Notes under the pieces: generated by a model
What the model was told of the DNA's origin: nothing
Databases searched by the model: none
Seen by the model: only the letters and a program-made list of their open reading frames with translations
Origin: Candidatus Fimenecus sp.
GTDB taxonomy: Bacteria; Bacillota; Clostridia; Oscillospirales; Acutalibacteraceae
Reading direction: 5' to 3'
NCBI GenBank assembly: GCA_052169395.1
Contig: JBQNCN010000003.1
Location: 242,279 to 306,278, forward strand
DNA: 64,000 nt
Translations under genes and position numbers: made by a program
Shown here: piece after piece, positions 35,792 to 45,116 of the stretch
How positions within the stretch are numbered: the stretch's first letter is position 1
Layout of the letters: every line of letters starts with the position of its first letter

Positions 35792-36798
35792 TTAAGCCTA
35801 TATGCACTATCTTTCAATTCAAATACTTTTGAAAGACCGGATGTTATGGATACCGTTTTATCGTGATAGACAAAAACAGCTTCTGCATTATATTTTTGTA
35901 AAAGCTTTAAACTTTTTTCTTCCCCTAAAATAAAACAAGCTGTAGAAAGCGCATCAGAAGTTAAACCGCTTTTTGCAATAACCGAAACGGAAGTTAAATC
36001 AGTTTTTACAGGATATCCTGTTTTCAAATCTAAAATATGAAAATATTTTTTACCATCAGAACCTGTGAATGTTTTTTCATAGTCTCCTGATGTTGAAATA
36101 AATGAATCATTTAAATTTACCGTAGCAAAATAATCATTGGCCTTTCCATACGGATTTCTAATACCTATTGTGAAACTGTCACGATTTAAAGGTTTTCCGA
36201 ATACTCCAACTGAGCCTCCTGAAATTGCTACCGCGCCCGTAATTCCACTATACTCTTTTATATATTTTAAAATATTATCACAAGCTCTGCCCTTACCGAC
36301 ACTTCCTAAAATCAGTTTTGCACCGTTTTTAAGTTCTACAGTATCACCATCAATAATTATATTTTCATCAATCGTACTTATCAGGGCTTTTTTTATCTGA
36401 TCGTCTGAAGGCTGTTTAAAATCATCTGTTTCAAAACCCCATAAATTTGTAAGTGCACCCGCTGCAACCGATGCTCTACCTGAGGTTTCTTTGTATATTT
36501 CTTCAGTTCTATTTATTATTTCAATAGTTTCAGCTGAAAGTTTAACAGGTCCTTCAGATTCATTAAGACGATATACTTCGGCATCACTTGCTACAGATGA
36601 TATTAAGCTTTCAAGTTGTTTGGCTTTATTTACCGCAGCATTCCCTGAAAATCCCTTATGTTTTCCATAAACAGTAATACTAACAGGACTTCCCATTGCA
36701 AAACCTGTAAAGCTTTCCCCGTCTTTTTTTACACAGGACGAAAAAAGTACAACAAAAAAACTCAAAGTAACTATAAAAATACCAATGAGTTTTTTCAT
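35788..36798 (-). CDS. apbE: FAD:protein FMN transferase ApbE, lipoprotein
   Basis: Lipobox LFSSC and ApbE-family core (GSVGKGRACD..., ISTSGDYEK). The ATG at 36798 follows AGGTG, and the GTG at 36807 is possible. Confidence 0.85.
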   Translation of the reverse strand: MKKLIGIFIVTLSFFVVLFSSCVKKDGESFTGFAMGSPVSITVYGKHKGFSGNAAVNKAKQLESLISSVASDAEVYRLNESEGPVKLSAETIEIINRTEEIYKETSGRASVAAGALTNLWGFETDDFKQPSDDQIKKALISTIDENIIIDGDTVELKNGAKLILGSVGKGRACDNILKYIKEYSGITGAVAISGGSVGVFGKPLNRDSFTIGIRNPYGKANDYFATVNLNDSFISTSGDYEKTFTGSDGKKYFHILDLKTGYPVKTDLTSVSVIAKSGLTSDALSTACFILGEEKSLKLLQKYNAEAVFVYHDKTVSITSGLSKVFELKDSAYRLK

Positions 36799-36901
36799 AA
36801 AGTACACCTGCCTTCTAAAAATAAATAATACTATAAACCAATGTTTTTCTCAAGTTTTGATATTAAAATAACAGAAAAAACAGGCATTCAAATCCACTTT
36901 T

Positions 36902-36937
36902 TATATTTATATTTATATTTATATTTAAATTTATTTT
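36902..36937. repeat. Hexanucleotide tandem repeat (TATATT)x4 plus two degenerate units
   Basis: Read directly from the sequence: tatatt tatatt tatatt tatatt taaatt tatttt. It spans the 3' end of the TVP38 gene and lies upstream of apbE. Confidence 0.8.
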
Positions 36938-37611
36938 TCATCTTTTAATTTTATCATTTCTCTTATCGCAAAAAATATTATTGTTATAGAAATCGTTACC
37001 ACTATAAATATTATTATAAATTTCATTGAAATATAATCAAATATTTTATATCCTAAAACTGAAAGTACAATCACTCTTGGAAGAACCCCTAAAAAAGAAT
37101 ATATCATATATTTTGCAAAATTGATTTTTCTTGAGCCTAAAAAAAGACTTATAAAATCCAATGGAAAAACAGGTATCACGCGAAATATAAATATTGCCAA
37201 ATAACGTTTTCTATCTGAAAGTTCAAGAATTTTCTCTCCGTATTTTTGTTTTTGTAAGGATTTATTAATATATTCTCCACCTAAAAATCTACCTAAAAAA
37301 TATGCCGTTGAAAGTTCTATAAAAACTCCCAAACAATTTATCAGTATCCCGGCGAACACACTAAAAGATGCTCCGACAGAAATATATATTAAAATTGCAG
37401 GCATAATTATTATAAAACCTTTAGTTGCATATATAAGCAAAACAACTGCACCGGCTAAAAATCGATTATCAAATTTATCAAGCAGCTCTCTTATATCCAT
37501 ATATATAAGTTTTTGATAATTAAGAATTATCAAAACAAAAAGGCTCACAAGAATTATGAGCCTTAAAACAGTTCCCAGCACTTCAATTTTCTTATCATTA
37601 CATTTTTTCAT
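36931..37611 (-). CDS. TVP38/TMEM64 (DedA-related) family membrane protein
   Basis: 226 aa, polytopic. RVIPVFPLDFISLFLGSRKINF is typical of the SNARE-associated/TVP38 family. Confidence 0.7.
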   Translation of the reverse strand: MKKCNDKKIEVLGTVLRLIILVSLFVLIILNYQKLIYMDIRELLDKFDNRFLAGAVVLLIYATKGFIIIMPAILIYISVGASFSVFAGILINCLGVFIELSTAYFLGRFLGGEYINKSLQKQKYGEKILELSDRKRYLAIFIFRVIPVFPLDFISLFLGSRKINFAKYMIYSFLGVLPRVIVLSVLGYKIFDYISMKFIIIFIVVTISITIIFFAIREMIKLKDEK

Positions 37612-37716
37612 GTATTTATTATAGCATAAATTACAATTAGATGCACATTCTTATTGTTGTATTAAAGGTTCATTATGTTATAATCTAATTAAATTATAAA
37701 AGTAGAGTGATTATTT

Positions 37717-38199
37717 ATGGCAAAAAATAAAATGAAATTTTTCACGGAATTTAAAAATTTCATTACTAAAGGTAATGTTATTGATATGGCAATCGGCGTT
37801 ATTATAGGTGCTGCATTTAAGGATATCGTTTCTTCACTTGTTGCAGATATCATTATGCCCGTTATAACTCTTGCAACAGGCGGTGTGGATTTTTCATCCT
37901 GGTTCATTGCACTTGACGGAAATAAATATGCCACACTTGCCAGTGCAAAGGAAGCCGGTGCTTCTACTGTAAATTTCGGCACATTCATTTCTGCAATTCT
38001 TCACTTTTTAATTATGGCTTTTGTAATCTTTTGCATCATCAAAACTCTTTCAAAAGCGAAACAGAGTGTTAAAAAGCTTACAGGTGCAGAAGATCCTGCA
38101 CCAACCACAAAAAAATGCCCTTACTGTAAATCAGAAATTTCAATAGATGCTATACGTTGCCCACACTGTACTTCCAAACTGGAAATTAAAGGAGAATAA
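37717..38199 (+). CDS. mscL: Large-conductance mechanosensitive channel MscL with a C-terminal zinc-ribbon extension
   Basis: FKNFITKGNVIDMAIGVIIGAAFKDIVSSLVADIIMPVI is the canonical MscL N-terminus and TM1. C-terminus reads CPYCKSEISIDAIRCPHC. Confidence 0.9.
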   Translation: MAKNKMKFFTEFKNFITKGNVIDMAIGVIIGAAFKDIVSSLVADIIMPVITLATGGVDFSSWFIALDGNKYATLASAKEAGASTVNFGTFISAILHFLIMAFVIFCIIKTLSKAKQSVKKLTGAEDPAPTTKKCPYCKSEISIDAIRCPHCTSKLEIKGE

Positions 38200-38997
38200 A
38201 TGAAAACAGCATTCATAGGCGCAGGAAATATGGCATGTGCCATATTAAGCGGTATTTCAAAATCAAATTCATTCAATTTTGGTGAAATCATTATATCAAA
38301 CGGAAAAAACTTTCAAAAAGCGGAAACAGTCGCAAAAGAAAATAATATAACTTTTTCACATAATAATATAGAATGTGTAAAAAAAGCAGATGTAATTGTT
38401 TTATGTGTAAAACCTGCACTTATTCCTTCGGTGCTTACAGAAATTTCAGAAACAATCAAAAACACTTCGCCTTTAGTCATTTCAATCGCAGCTGGAAAAA
38501 CACTTTCCGAAATTTCTACATTTCTTCCAAAGAATGCACGTTTAGCAAGAGTTATGCCAAATATAAACGCAACTTGCCAAATGTCATGTTCCGCATTTAC
38601 AATGCTTAATGAAAATGTCGCCGATGAAAAGCTTATACGAAAACTTCTAACCACATTCGGTTCTTGCATAAAACTTACAGAAAATGCTTTTTCCGCTTTT
38701 ACCTCCGTTGCAGGCTGTGCCCCTGCTTATATTTTTACAATGATTGATGCAATGGCTCTTTCTCTCGTAAAAAATGGAATAAATTATGAAATCGCCTTAA
38801 AAATAGCAACTGAAACAGTAAGAGGAAGTGCAGAGAAACTCATGGTTGAAAATGTTCACCCAAGCATTCTTACAGATTTTGTCTGCTCTCCCGGCGGAAC
38901 CACAATTGAGGGTTTATCCGTTTTAAAAGAAAGGGGATTTGAAGGTATTATAATAGATGCCTGTGACGCCGCATACAAAAAAGATAAACAACAATAA
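38200..38997 (+). CDS. proC: Pyrroline-5-carboxylate reductase
   Basis: IGAGNMACAIL Rossmann motif and C-terminal SPGGTTIEGL. The ATG immediately follows the mscL TAA. Confidence 0.9.
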   Translation: MKTAFIGAGNMACAILSGISKSNSFNFGEIIISNGKNFQKAETVAKENNITFSHNNIECVKKADVIVLCVKPALIPSVLTEISETIKNTSPLVISIAAGKTLSEISTFLPKNARLARVMPNINATCQMSCSAFTMLNENVADEKLIRKLLTTFGSCIKLTENAFSAFTSVAGCAPAYIFTMIDAMALSLVKNGINYEIALKIATETVRGSAEKLMVENVHPSILTDFVCSPGGTTIEGLSVLKERGFEGIIIDACDAAYKKDKQQ

Positions 38998-39006
38998 TAT
39001 ATCAAA

Positions 39007-39040
39007 TAAAAAAGAGACCGAATGCGGTCTCTTTTTATTT
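39007..39040. terminator. Bidirectional terminator between proC (+) and rpsT (-)
   Basis: AGAGACCG-aatg-CGGTCTCT flanked by an A-run and a T-run. Confidence 0.8.
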
Positions 39041-39046
39041 TGCATT

Positions 39047-39301
39047 TTAAGCGTTTGCTTTCTTCGCAAGTGCAGACTTTTTACGTGCGGCATTATTCTT
39101 ATGAATAAGACCCTTCGCCTCTGCCTGATCAATTTTCTTATAAGCAAACTTCACAAGCATATCTGCATTATCAGCCTTTGTTTCAATTGCGGCATTAGCC
39201 TTTTTGATGGCTGTTTTCAGAGCGGAATTGCGAGATTTATTTCTAAGTGTTCTTGCTGCGCTCGTCTTTACACGCTTTTTAGCGGATTTAATATTAGGCA
39301 T
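39047..39301 (-). CDS. rpsT: 30S ribosomal protein S20
   Basis: [23 protein letters not shown]. 84 aa, basic. Confidence 0.95.
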   Translation of the reverse strand: MPNIKSAKKRVKTSAARTLRNKSRNSALKTAIKKANAAIETKADNADMLVKFAYKKIDQAEAKGLIHKNNAARKKSALAKKANA

Positions 39302-39401
39302 TTTGTTCCCTCCTCTCTAAAAACTTAACATTGGCTATATTATCATTTTTTTTCACATTTTGCAAGCAATAATGTTATTTAGCTGTTAAGTCTGTTATTT
39401 T

Positions 39402-41348
39402 TTATTTATTTTCTATATTTTGATTATCATCTTTAGGTAAAGCTTCAGTTTTTTCAATTTCAAATTCATCAAGCTCAGCCTCATATTTGCCATTCATAAT
39501 AGCATAAAAGATTTCTCCTGAAATTTTTTCTTTTTTAACCAGAAGTTCTGCAACCTTTCCAAGCTGATCACTGTGTTCAGTTAAAATATCCTTACAGCGT
39601 TTATAAGCTTTTTTGATGATTTTTTCAACCTCTTCGTCTATCTTTCTGGCAATTTCCTCACTATAATCTCTTACATGATTGAAATCTCTTCCAATAAATA
39701 CTTCATCATTTGACGAACCGAAATTTATAGGTCCAAGTTCATCACTCATACCGTATTTTGTAATCATCGCTCTTGCCATTTTTGTAGCACGTTCAATATC
39801 ATTTGAAGCACCGGTTGAAAAGTCTCCGTCAAATGTTAGCGTTTCAGCAACTCTTCCTCCCAAAAGACTCACAATGTCATCATACATTCTTGAACGCATA
39901 AGATGAATTTCATCCTTTTCCGGTCTATAAAGAGTATATCCACCAGCCATACCTCTAGGAACTATTGAAATCTGAGTTACAGGATCCTGATTTTCAAGAT
40001 AAAAACTTGAAACTGCATGACCCGCTTCATGATATGCGGTAATTTTCTTATCTCTGTTAGAAACTTTTCTTGATTTTTTCTCAGGTCCTACCACAACCTT
40101 CATTGTAGCTTCTTCTATATCAGCCATTTTTATAGCTTTCTTACCATGTTTTGCCGCAAGAAGAGCCGCCTCATTCATAAGATTTTCTATATCTGCACCT
40201 GAGAATCCTACAGTATCATTGGCAATACCTCTTAAATTAACATCGGGTGCAAGAGGCTTATTTTTTGCATGAATTTTAAGAATCGCTTCTCTTCCGTCAA
40301 CATCGGGCAAATTAACCATTACTTGTCTGTCAAATCTTCCAGGTCTTAACAGTGCGGGATCAAGAACATCGGGTCTATTTGTGGCCGCCATAACGATAAC
40401 ACCGCCATTTTCTTCAAATCCGTCCATCTCAACAAGCAACTGATTTAAAGTTTGCTCTCTTTCATCATTTCCTCCGCCAAGTCCAGCTCCTCGTTGTCTT
40501 CCAACTGCATCAATTTCATCTATAAATACTATAGCCGGAGAATTTTTCTTTGCCTTTTCAAAAAGATCTCTTACACGGGAAGCACCCACACCGACAAACA
40601 TTTCAACAAAATCCGAACCTGAAATTGATAAAAACGGTACACCCGCTTCTCCTGAAACAGCTTTTCCTAGAAGAGTTTTTCCTGTACCGGGAGGTCCTAC
40701 CAAAAGCACACCTTTAGGAATTCTTGCACCAAGAGTTTTGAATTTTTCAGGATCCTTTAAAAACTCTACAATTTCCTCAAGCTCCGCTTTTTCTTCATCG
40801 GCACCCGCCACATCTGCAAAGGTTATTTTCTTTTTGCTGTCTGCATTATTTTTAATTCTTGCCTTACCAAAACCCATAGAACGATTGTTTTCATTCATAA
40901 CGCTATTACTCATTCTTCTAAACATAATAAACATAAGAAGCGCCATAACAACCATGATTGCAAGTGTAGGCAAAAGACTTACCCACCAAGAATTTGCCGC
41001 ACCGGATTTATAATTAGCCTTTATTACGGTATCCTTATGTTCTTCATTGTGTTTCATAACATAACTGTGTATATCGTTCACAAACATCTGTACGGACGGC
41101 ACAGCATATTCATACACAACCTTATCATCTCCGAAAATCTTATATCTCAAATTTCCGTTTGAAAGATTAAGATTGTATTCAGATATCTTGTTTTCCTTGA
41201 AAAGTTCTACAACCTCATAATACTGTTGTTTTTTTTGCGCGCTTTGCTGCCCAATCTGAGAATATGCAACAATACTTATTACAAAAAGCAACGGAATTAT
41301 TATATAGGGAAGAATCGCTTTCCATCCGTTTCTATTTTTTTGTTCCAA
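39402..41348 (-). CDS. ftsH: ATP-dependent zinc metalloprotease FtsH
   Basis: [10 protein letters not shown] Walker A, the AAA second region of homology, and HEAGHA zinc motif. TTG start preceded by AGAGG. Confidence 0.95.
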   Translation of the reverse strand: MEQKNRNGWKAILPYIIIPLLFVISIVAYSQIGQQSAQKKQQYYEVVELFKENKISEYNLNLSNGNLRYKIFGDDKVVYEYAVPSVQMFVNDIHSYVMKHNEEHKDTVIKANYKSGAANSWWVSLLPTLAIMVVMALLMFIMFRRMSNSVMNENNRSMGFGKARIKNNADSKKKITFADVAGADEEKAELEEIVEFLKDPEKFKTLGARIPKGVLLVGPPGTGKTLLGKAVSGEAGVPFLSISGSDFVEMFVGVGASRVRDLFEKAKKNSPAIVFIDEIDAVGRQRGAGLGGGNDEREQTLNQLLVEMDGFEENGGVIVMAATNRPDVLDPALLRPGRFDRQVMVNLPDVDGREAILKIHAKNKPLAPDVNLRGIANDTVGFSGADIENLMNEAALLAAKHGKKAIKMADIEEATMKVVVGPEKKSRKVSNRDKKITAYHEAGHAVSSFYLENQDPVTQISIVPRGMAGGYTLYRPEKDEIHLMRSRMYDDIVSLLGGRVAETLTFDGDFSTGASNDIERATKMARAMITKYGMSDELGPINFGSSNDEVFIGRDFNHVRDYSEEIARKIDEEVEKIIKKAYKRCKDILTEHSDQLGKVAELLVKKEKISGEIFYAIMNGKYEAELDEFEIEKTEALPKDDNQNIENK

Positions 41349-41368
41349 CTTTTAACCTCTTAAAATTA

Positions 41369-41929
41369 TTATACTATTTGATATACTTCAGGCTTTAACA
41401 CACCTATATAAGGTAAATTTCTATAATTTTCATCAAAATCAAGTCCATAGCCTACAACAAATACATCCGGTATCTTTTTTCCAATATATTCCGGATTCAT
41501 CTGAACCTGTCTTCTTTCAGGCTTATCAAGCATTGAACATACTCTTACACTTTTAGGTTCTCTTTTCATTAGCAGTTCTTTAGTTCTTTTAATTGTATTT
41601 CCGCTGTCGACTATATCCTCAACTAAAAGAACATTCATTCCCTTAATTTTTTTTGTGTCAAGGTCCTTCTTGATATTTATATTTCCACTGGAAACAATGC
41701 CTGCACCATAACTCGACACACACATAGTATCAAGTTTTACAGGAATTGTAATATTCTTTAAAAGTTCAGCGGTAAAAAGAAGTGAACCCTTTAAAATACA
41801 AACTACCAAAAGTTCTCCGTCATCACGATAATCCTCAGATATTCTTCTTCCGAGATTTTCTGCAATAGTTTTTAATTCATCCGGCATAATCAATATTTTT
41901 TCAATATCATTTTCAAAATCCACTGCCAT
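41369..41929 (-). CDS. hpt: Hypoxanthine phosphoribosyltransferase
   Basis: PRPP motif VLLVEDIVDSGNT. 186 aa. It sits in the conserved position between tilS and ftsH. Confidence 0.9.
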   Translation of the reverse strand: MAVDFENDIEKILIMPDELKTIAENLGRRISEDYRDDGELLVVCILKGSLLFTAELLKNITIPVKLDTMCVSSYGAGIVSSGNINIKKDLDTKKIKGMNVLLVEDIVDSGNTIKRTKELLMKREPKSVRVCSMLDKPERRQVQMNPEYIGKKIPDVFVVGYGLDFDENYRNLPYIGVLKPEVYQIV

Positions 41930-41943
41930 AATTACTCCTTATT

Positions 41944-43299
41944 TTATATTGAATAAAATTCAATATAACCAACATTTTTTGTATATTCATCAATCGAAAA
42001 CTGCTTTGAAACACCTGCTACCGCCGTATAAAAAAGCTTATCATCAATTAAAAGTACAGGAAGTTCCACACGTTTATCAACAGGCACTTTTTTTTCATTA
42101 TAAAGCTTCTTCAGTGATTTTCCGATATGTCTTACCGGATCATCATAAAAATCTCCCGCAACTCTACTCCTTATCAATAAAGTATTTGCTATTTTATCAC
42201 AATCAAAAATATTATAAAAGTACCTGTTATTAACATTTTGTAAATATTCACTTCCAAAAAAACTCTTATAATCTGATTTATCAACATATCTAAGCTTTAT
42301 TTTTACTGTGTTAAACTCTATTTCAACAAGTTCCTTAGACATCAATCTTTTTTTTATATTTTTTTCTTCCAAAAAAAAATGTTTATTTTCACTCTTTTGA
42401 AATTCAATTATTGTGTTTTTAAAAAAACACCTCATTTTGTTTTTATAATAGAAGGGTTTTCCGTTCAGAAGAGATTTTTCAGCCTCTTCTATATTTTTTC
42501 TGGACGGACTTCCACCTATTTTTTCAAGTTCTTTTTTTATCATTCTTCTTCGTAACGGTTCTGAAATCAACTTTAAATCAAAATCTTTTTTTTGCCAATA
42601 AGCAACCATATCGTCAAAGAACATTTCCTCAGATTCAGCATCTTCACAAAGGTTTTTACAATTTTTTAAAAAGTTCGGATTTAACTCAATAAACCTTGGA
42701 AGAAGATTATGCCGTATATTATTCCTTGTATATTCATCGTCACAATTAGTTTCGTCATTCACATAAGGTATTTTGTTAGCACAACAATATTCTTCAATAG
42801 ATTTTCTGTCAGTATCTATGAGCGGTCTTATAATATTATCCCTTACAGGTACAATTGAAGAAAGACCGTTAAGTCCAGTCCCCCTTGCAAGATTAAAAAT
42901 AAGTGTTTCCGCCCGATCGTTCAGATTATGTGCAGTTGCAATCAATCCATCTTTTCCCGCTTCTTTAGAAAATACCTCATAACGAAAAAGTCTTCCGCAT
43001 TCTTCTTCACCCATTTTCCTTTTTTTGCTTTCAGCAGGTATATCAAAACTGTATGACTTAAAAGGAATGTCCAGCCTTTCACAAAACTTTTTGCAATGCA
43101 ATTCATCTTCATCCGCACTTTTTTCTCGAATCCCATGATTTATATGAACCGCCAAAAGTTCAAGCCTTAATTCTTCTTTTATTTCATTTAACGCCCAAAT
43201 CAAAGCAGAGGAATCAGCTCCGCCCGAAAAGCCTATAACTACACGTTCTCCGCCCTTAAGCATTTTATATTTTTTAACAGTTTCACTAAAATAAAACAT
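41944..43299 (-). CDS. tilS: tRNA(Ile)-lysidine synthetase
   Basis: PP-loop VVIGFSGGADS. 451 aa. The start shares one base with the dnaB stop. Confidence 0.9.
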   Translation of the reverse strand: MFYFSETVKKYKMLKGGERVVIGFSGGADSSALIWALNEIKEELRLELLAVHINHGIREKSADEDELHCKKFCERLDIPFKSYSFDIPAESKKRKMGEEECGRLFRYEVFSKEAGKDGLIATAHNLNDRAETLIFNLARGTGLNGLSSIVPVRDNIIRPLIDTDRKSIEEYCCANKIPYVNDETNCDDEYTRNNIRHNLLPRFIELNPNFLKNCKNLCEDAESEEMFFDDMVAYWQKKDFDLKLISEPLRRRMIKKELEKIGGSPSRKNIEEAEKSLLNGKPFYYKNKMRCFFKNTIIEFQKSENKHFFLEEKNIKKRLMSKELVEIEFNTVKIKLRYVDKSDYKSFFGSEYLQNVNNRYFYNIFDCDKIANTLLIRSRVAGDFYDDPVRHIGKSLKKLYNEKKVPVDKRVELPVLLIDDKLFYTAVAGVSKQFSIDEYTKNVGYIEFYSI

Positions 43300-44657
43300 T
43301 ACTCTTCAATACTGCTATCCCTTGTTGTAAATAAAGTATAATCACCATTCCATGAGAGCTGTGCGGTACCCGTTCCTCCATGTCTGTTTTTTGCTATTAT
43401 TGCTTCAGCACTTGTTGGATCAACAGCCTTTTCTTCACCGGTACTTGAATCAAAATATCCCTCTCGGTAAAGAAGAATGATTATATCGGCATCTTGCTCT
43501 ATAGAACCTGATTCTCTAAGTTCACTCATTGTAGGTCGATGATCTTTTTTTTCTCTTCCTGCTGCGGAATTTCGATTAAGTTGTGATAAAACTATGACAG
43601 GAATATTCAAATCTTTCGCCATAATTTTAAGAGTTCTTGTAATCTCTGAAACTTCTTGAACTCTTCCCTCATTCCTTTTTCCTGATGTCAAAAGTTGAAG
43701 ATAATCAACAACAACACAATCAACACCGCCAAGTCTCCTCGTTTTTGCTTTCATTTCAGGAACGGTTATACCCGGCGTATCGTCAATATAAAATTGTGCT
43801 CTGTGGAGATATTCAAGAGCAAGGCTTATCCTTTCCCATTCCTTATCATCTGTTATTCCCGTTCTCATTTTGCTTGAATTTATGCGTGCCTCAGTCGCAA
43901 GAATTTTTTCCGCAATTTGTTCCTTGGACATTTCAAGTGAAAAAAACAAAACTTTTTTATCCTTTAAGCAAGCAACATTTCTAGCAACATTTACTGCAAA
44001 TGAAGTTTTTCCCATACCCGGTCTTGCTCCGATAATTATAAGATCGGATTTATTAAGTCCTGAAATAACTCTGTCTATATATGAAAATCCTGTTGGAATT
44101 CCGCTATATTTTTCATCACTTTTAGAAAGTTCCTCAAGATGCTCTGCAACAGGCCCTGTTAAAATATTCGAAAGTTTTTCCGGATCTCCGGTACGCTTTC
44201 CTGAACGAATATCATAAATCCTCTGCTCTGTAAGATCTAAAATTCTTTCCGCACTACCGTTTTCATCAATACAATCATCAATAGTTTTCTGTGAACTTTC
44301 AATGAGTCTTCGAAGATAATATTTATCTCTTATTATCTTACAATAACTTTCAATATTATGAGAAGTAGGAACCGCTTTTGCAAGTTCTGCAAGATATGGT
44401 CTTATATCCTGTTCAGCAAATCCGCCTTTTTCTTTAAGTGAATTTGCGATTATTACAGGATCCAGTTTTTCTCCTCGAGAATCAATAAGAGTCATTACTT
44501 CAAAAATGGTCCTGTGCTGAGGATTATAAAAGAAATCACTTCTTATTTGTGAAATTGCCGCAGAAAAACAATCCGGATTTATAAGAATTGACCCAAGTGC
44601 CGCCTGTTCTGCTGAAACAGAATAAGGCATTTTATAATTTAATAAACTGTCCGCCAT
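43299..44657 (-). CDS. dnaB: Replicative DNA helicase (DnaB/DnaC-type)
   Basis: PYSVSAEQAALGSIL N-terminus, Walker A GARPGMGKTSF, VVVDYLQL, SQLNR. Confidence 0.95.
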   Translation of the reverse strand: MADSLLNYKMPYSVSAEQAALGSILINPDCFSAAISQIRSDFFYNPQHRTIFEVMTLIDSRGEKLDPVIIANSLKEKGGFAEQDIRPYLAELAKAVPTSHNIESYCKIIRDKYYLRRLIESSQKTIDDCIDENGSAERILDLTEQRIYDIRSGKRTGDPEKLSNILTGPVAEHLEELSKSDEKYSGIPTGFSYIDRVISGLNKSDLIIIGARPGMGKTSFAVNVARNVACLKDKKVLFFSLEMSKEQIAEKILATEARINSSKMRTGITDDKEWERISLALEYLHRAQFYIDDTPGITVPEMKAKTRRLGGVDCVVVDYLQLLTSGKRNEGRVQEVSEITRTLKIMAKDLNIPVIVLSQLNRNSAAGREKKDHRPTMSELRESGSIEQDADIIILLYREGYFDSSTGEEKAVDPTSAEAIIAKNRHGGTGTAQLSWNGDYTLFTTRDSSIEE

Positions 44658-45100
44658 TATTTTTCAGATACCGCAATAAAAACTTCAGCAAAAATTTCAG
44701 GATAAAGTTTTATTTCAACTTTAAAAGTTCCAAAACTTTTTATTTCAGGCAATTGAATTTTTCTTTTATCAACATCAACTGCAAAATCGGTTTTTATTAT
44801 CTCTGCTACATCTTTTGCAGTTATTGAACCGAAGAATTTTCCCTCTTTCCCTCCGGCTCTCTGAAACTTTATTGTTTTCTTATCTATTTTATTTTTAGCT
44901 TCCAAAGCCGCTTCTATTTCCATCTGCTTTTTGTGCTCTTTTGCTGCTTTTTCCCCCTTAAGCTCCGCTTCAGCCTGCTTTGTAAGTTCCACCGCTATAC
45001 CCTTAGGCAAAAGGAAGTTTCTTGCATATCCGTCTGAAGTCTTAACCTTATCACCCTTTTTACCAAGACCCTTAACATCTTGCTTTAAAATAAGTTCCAT
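44657..45100 (-). CDS. rplI: 50S ribosomal protein L9
   Basis: MELILKQDVKGLGKKGD from the ATG at 45100, with AAGGAA upstream. The track's 45157 start would overlap the gdpP 3' end. Confidence 0.9.
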   Translation of the reverse strand: MELILKQDVKGLGKKGDKVKTSDGYARNFLLPKGIAVELTKQAEAELKGEKAAKEHKKQMEIEAALEAKNKIDKKTIKFQRAGGKEGKFFGSITAKDVAEIIKTDFAVDVDKRKIQLPEIKSFGTFKVEIKLYPEIFAEVFIAVSEK

Positions 45101-45116
45101 TTTAATCATTCCTTTT

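Noticed and set aside
36808-36930. Rex (TTGTGAA-N4-TTCACAA-like) operator upstream of the apbE-rnf operon
   Set aside because: I saw no sequence approaching the Rex palindrome, only AT-rich DNA and the hexamer repeat.
37689-37988. 99-aa minus-strand ORF
   Set aside because: It is antisense to the highly conserved MscL coding sequence and is a shadow ORF.
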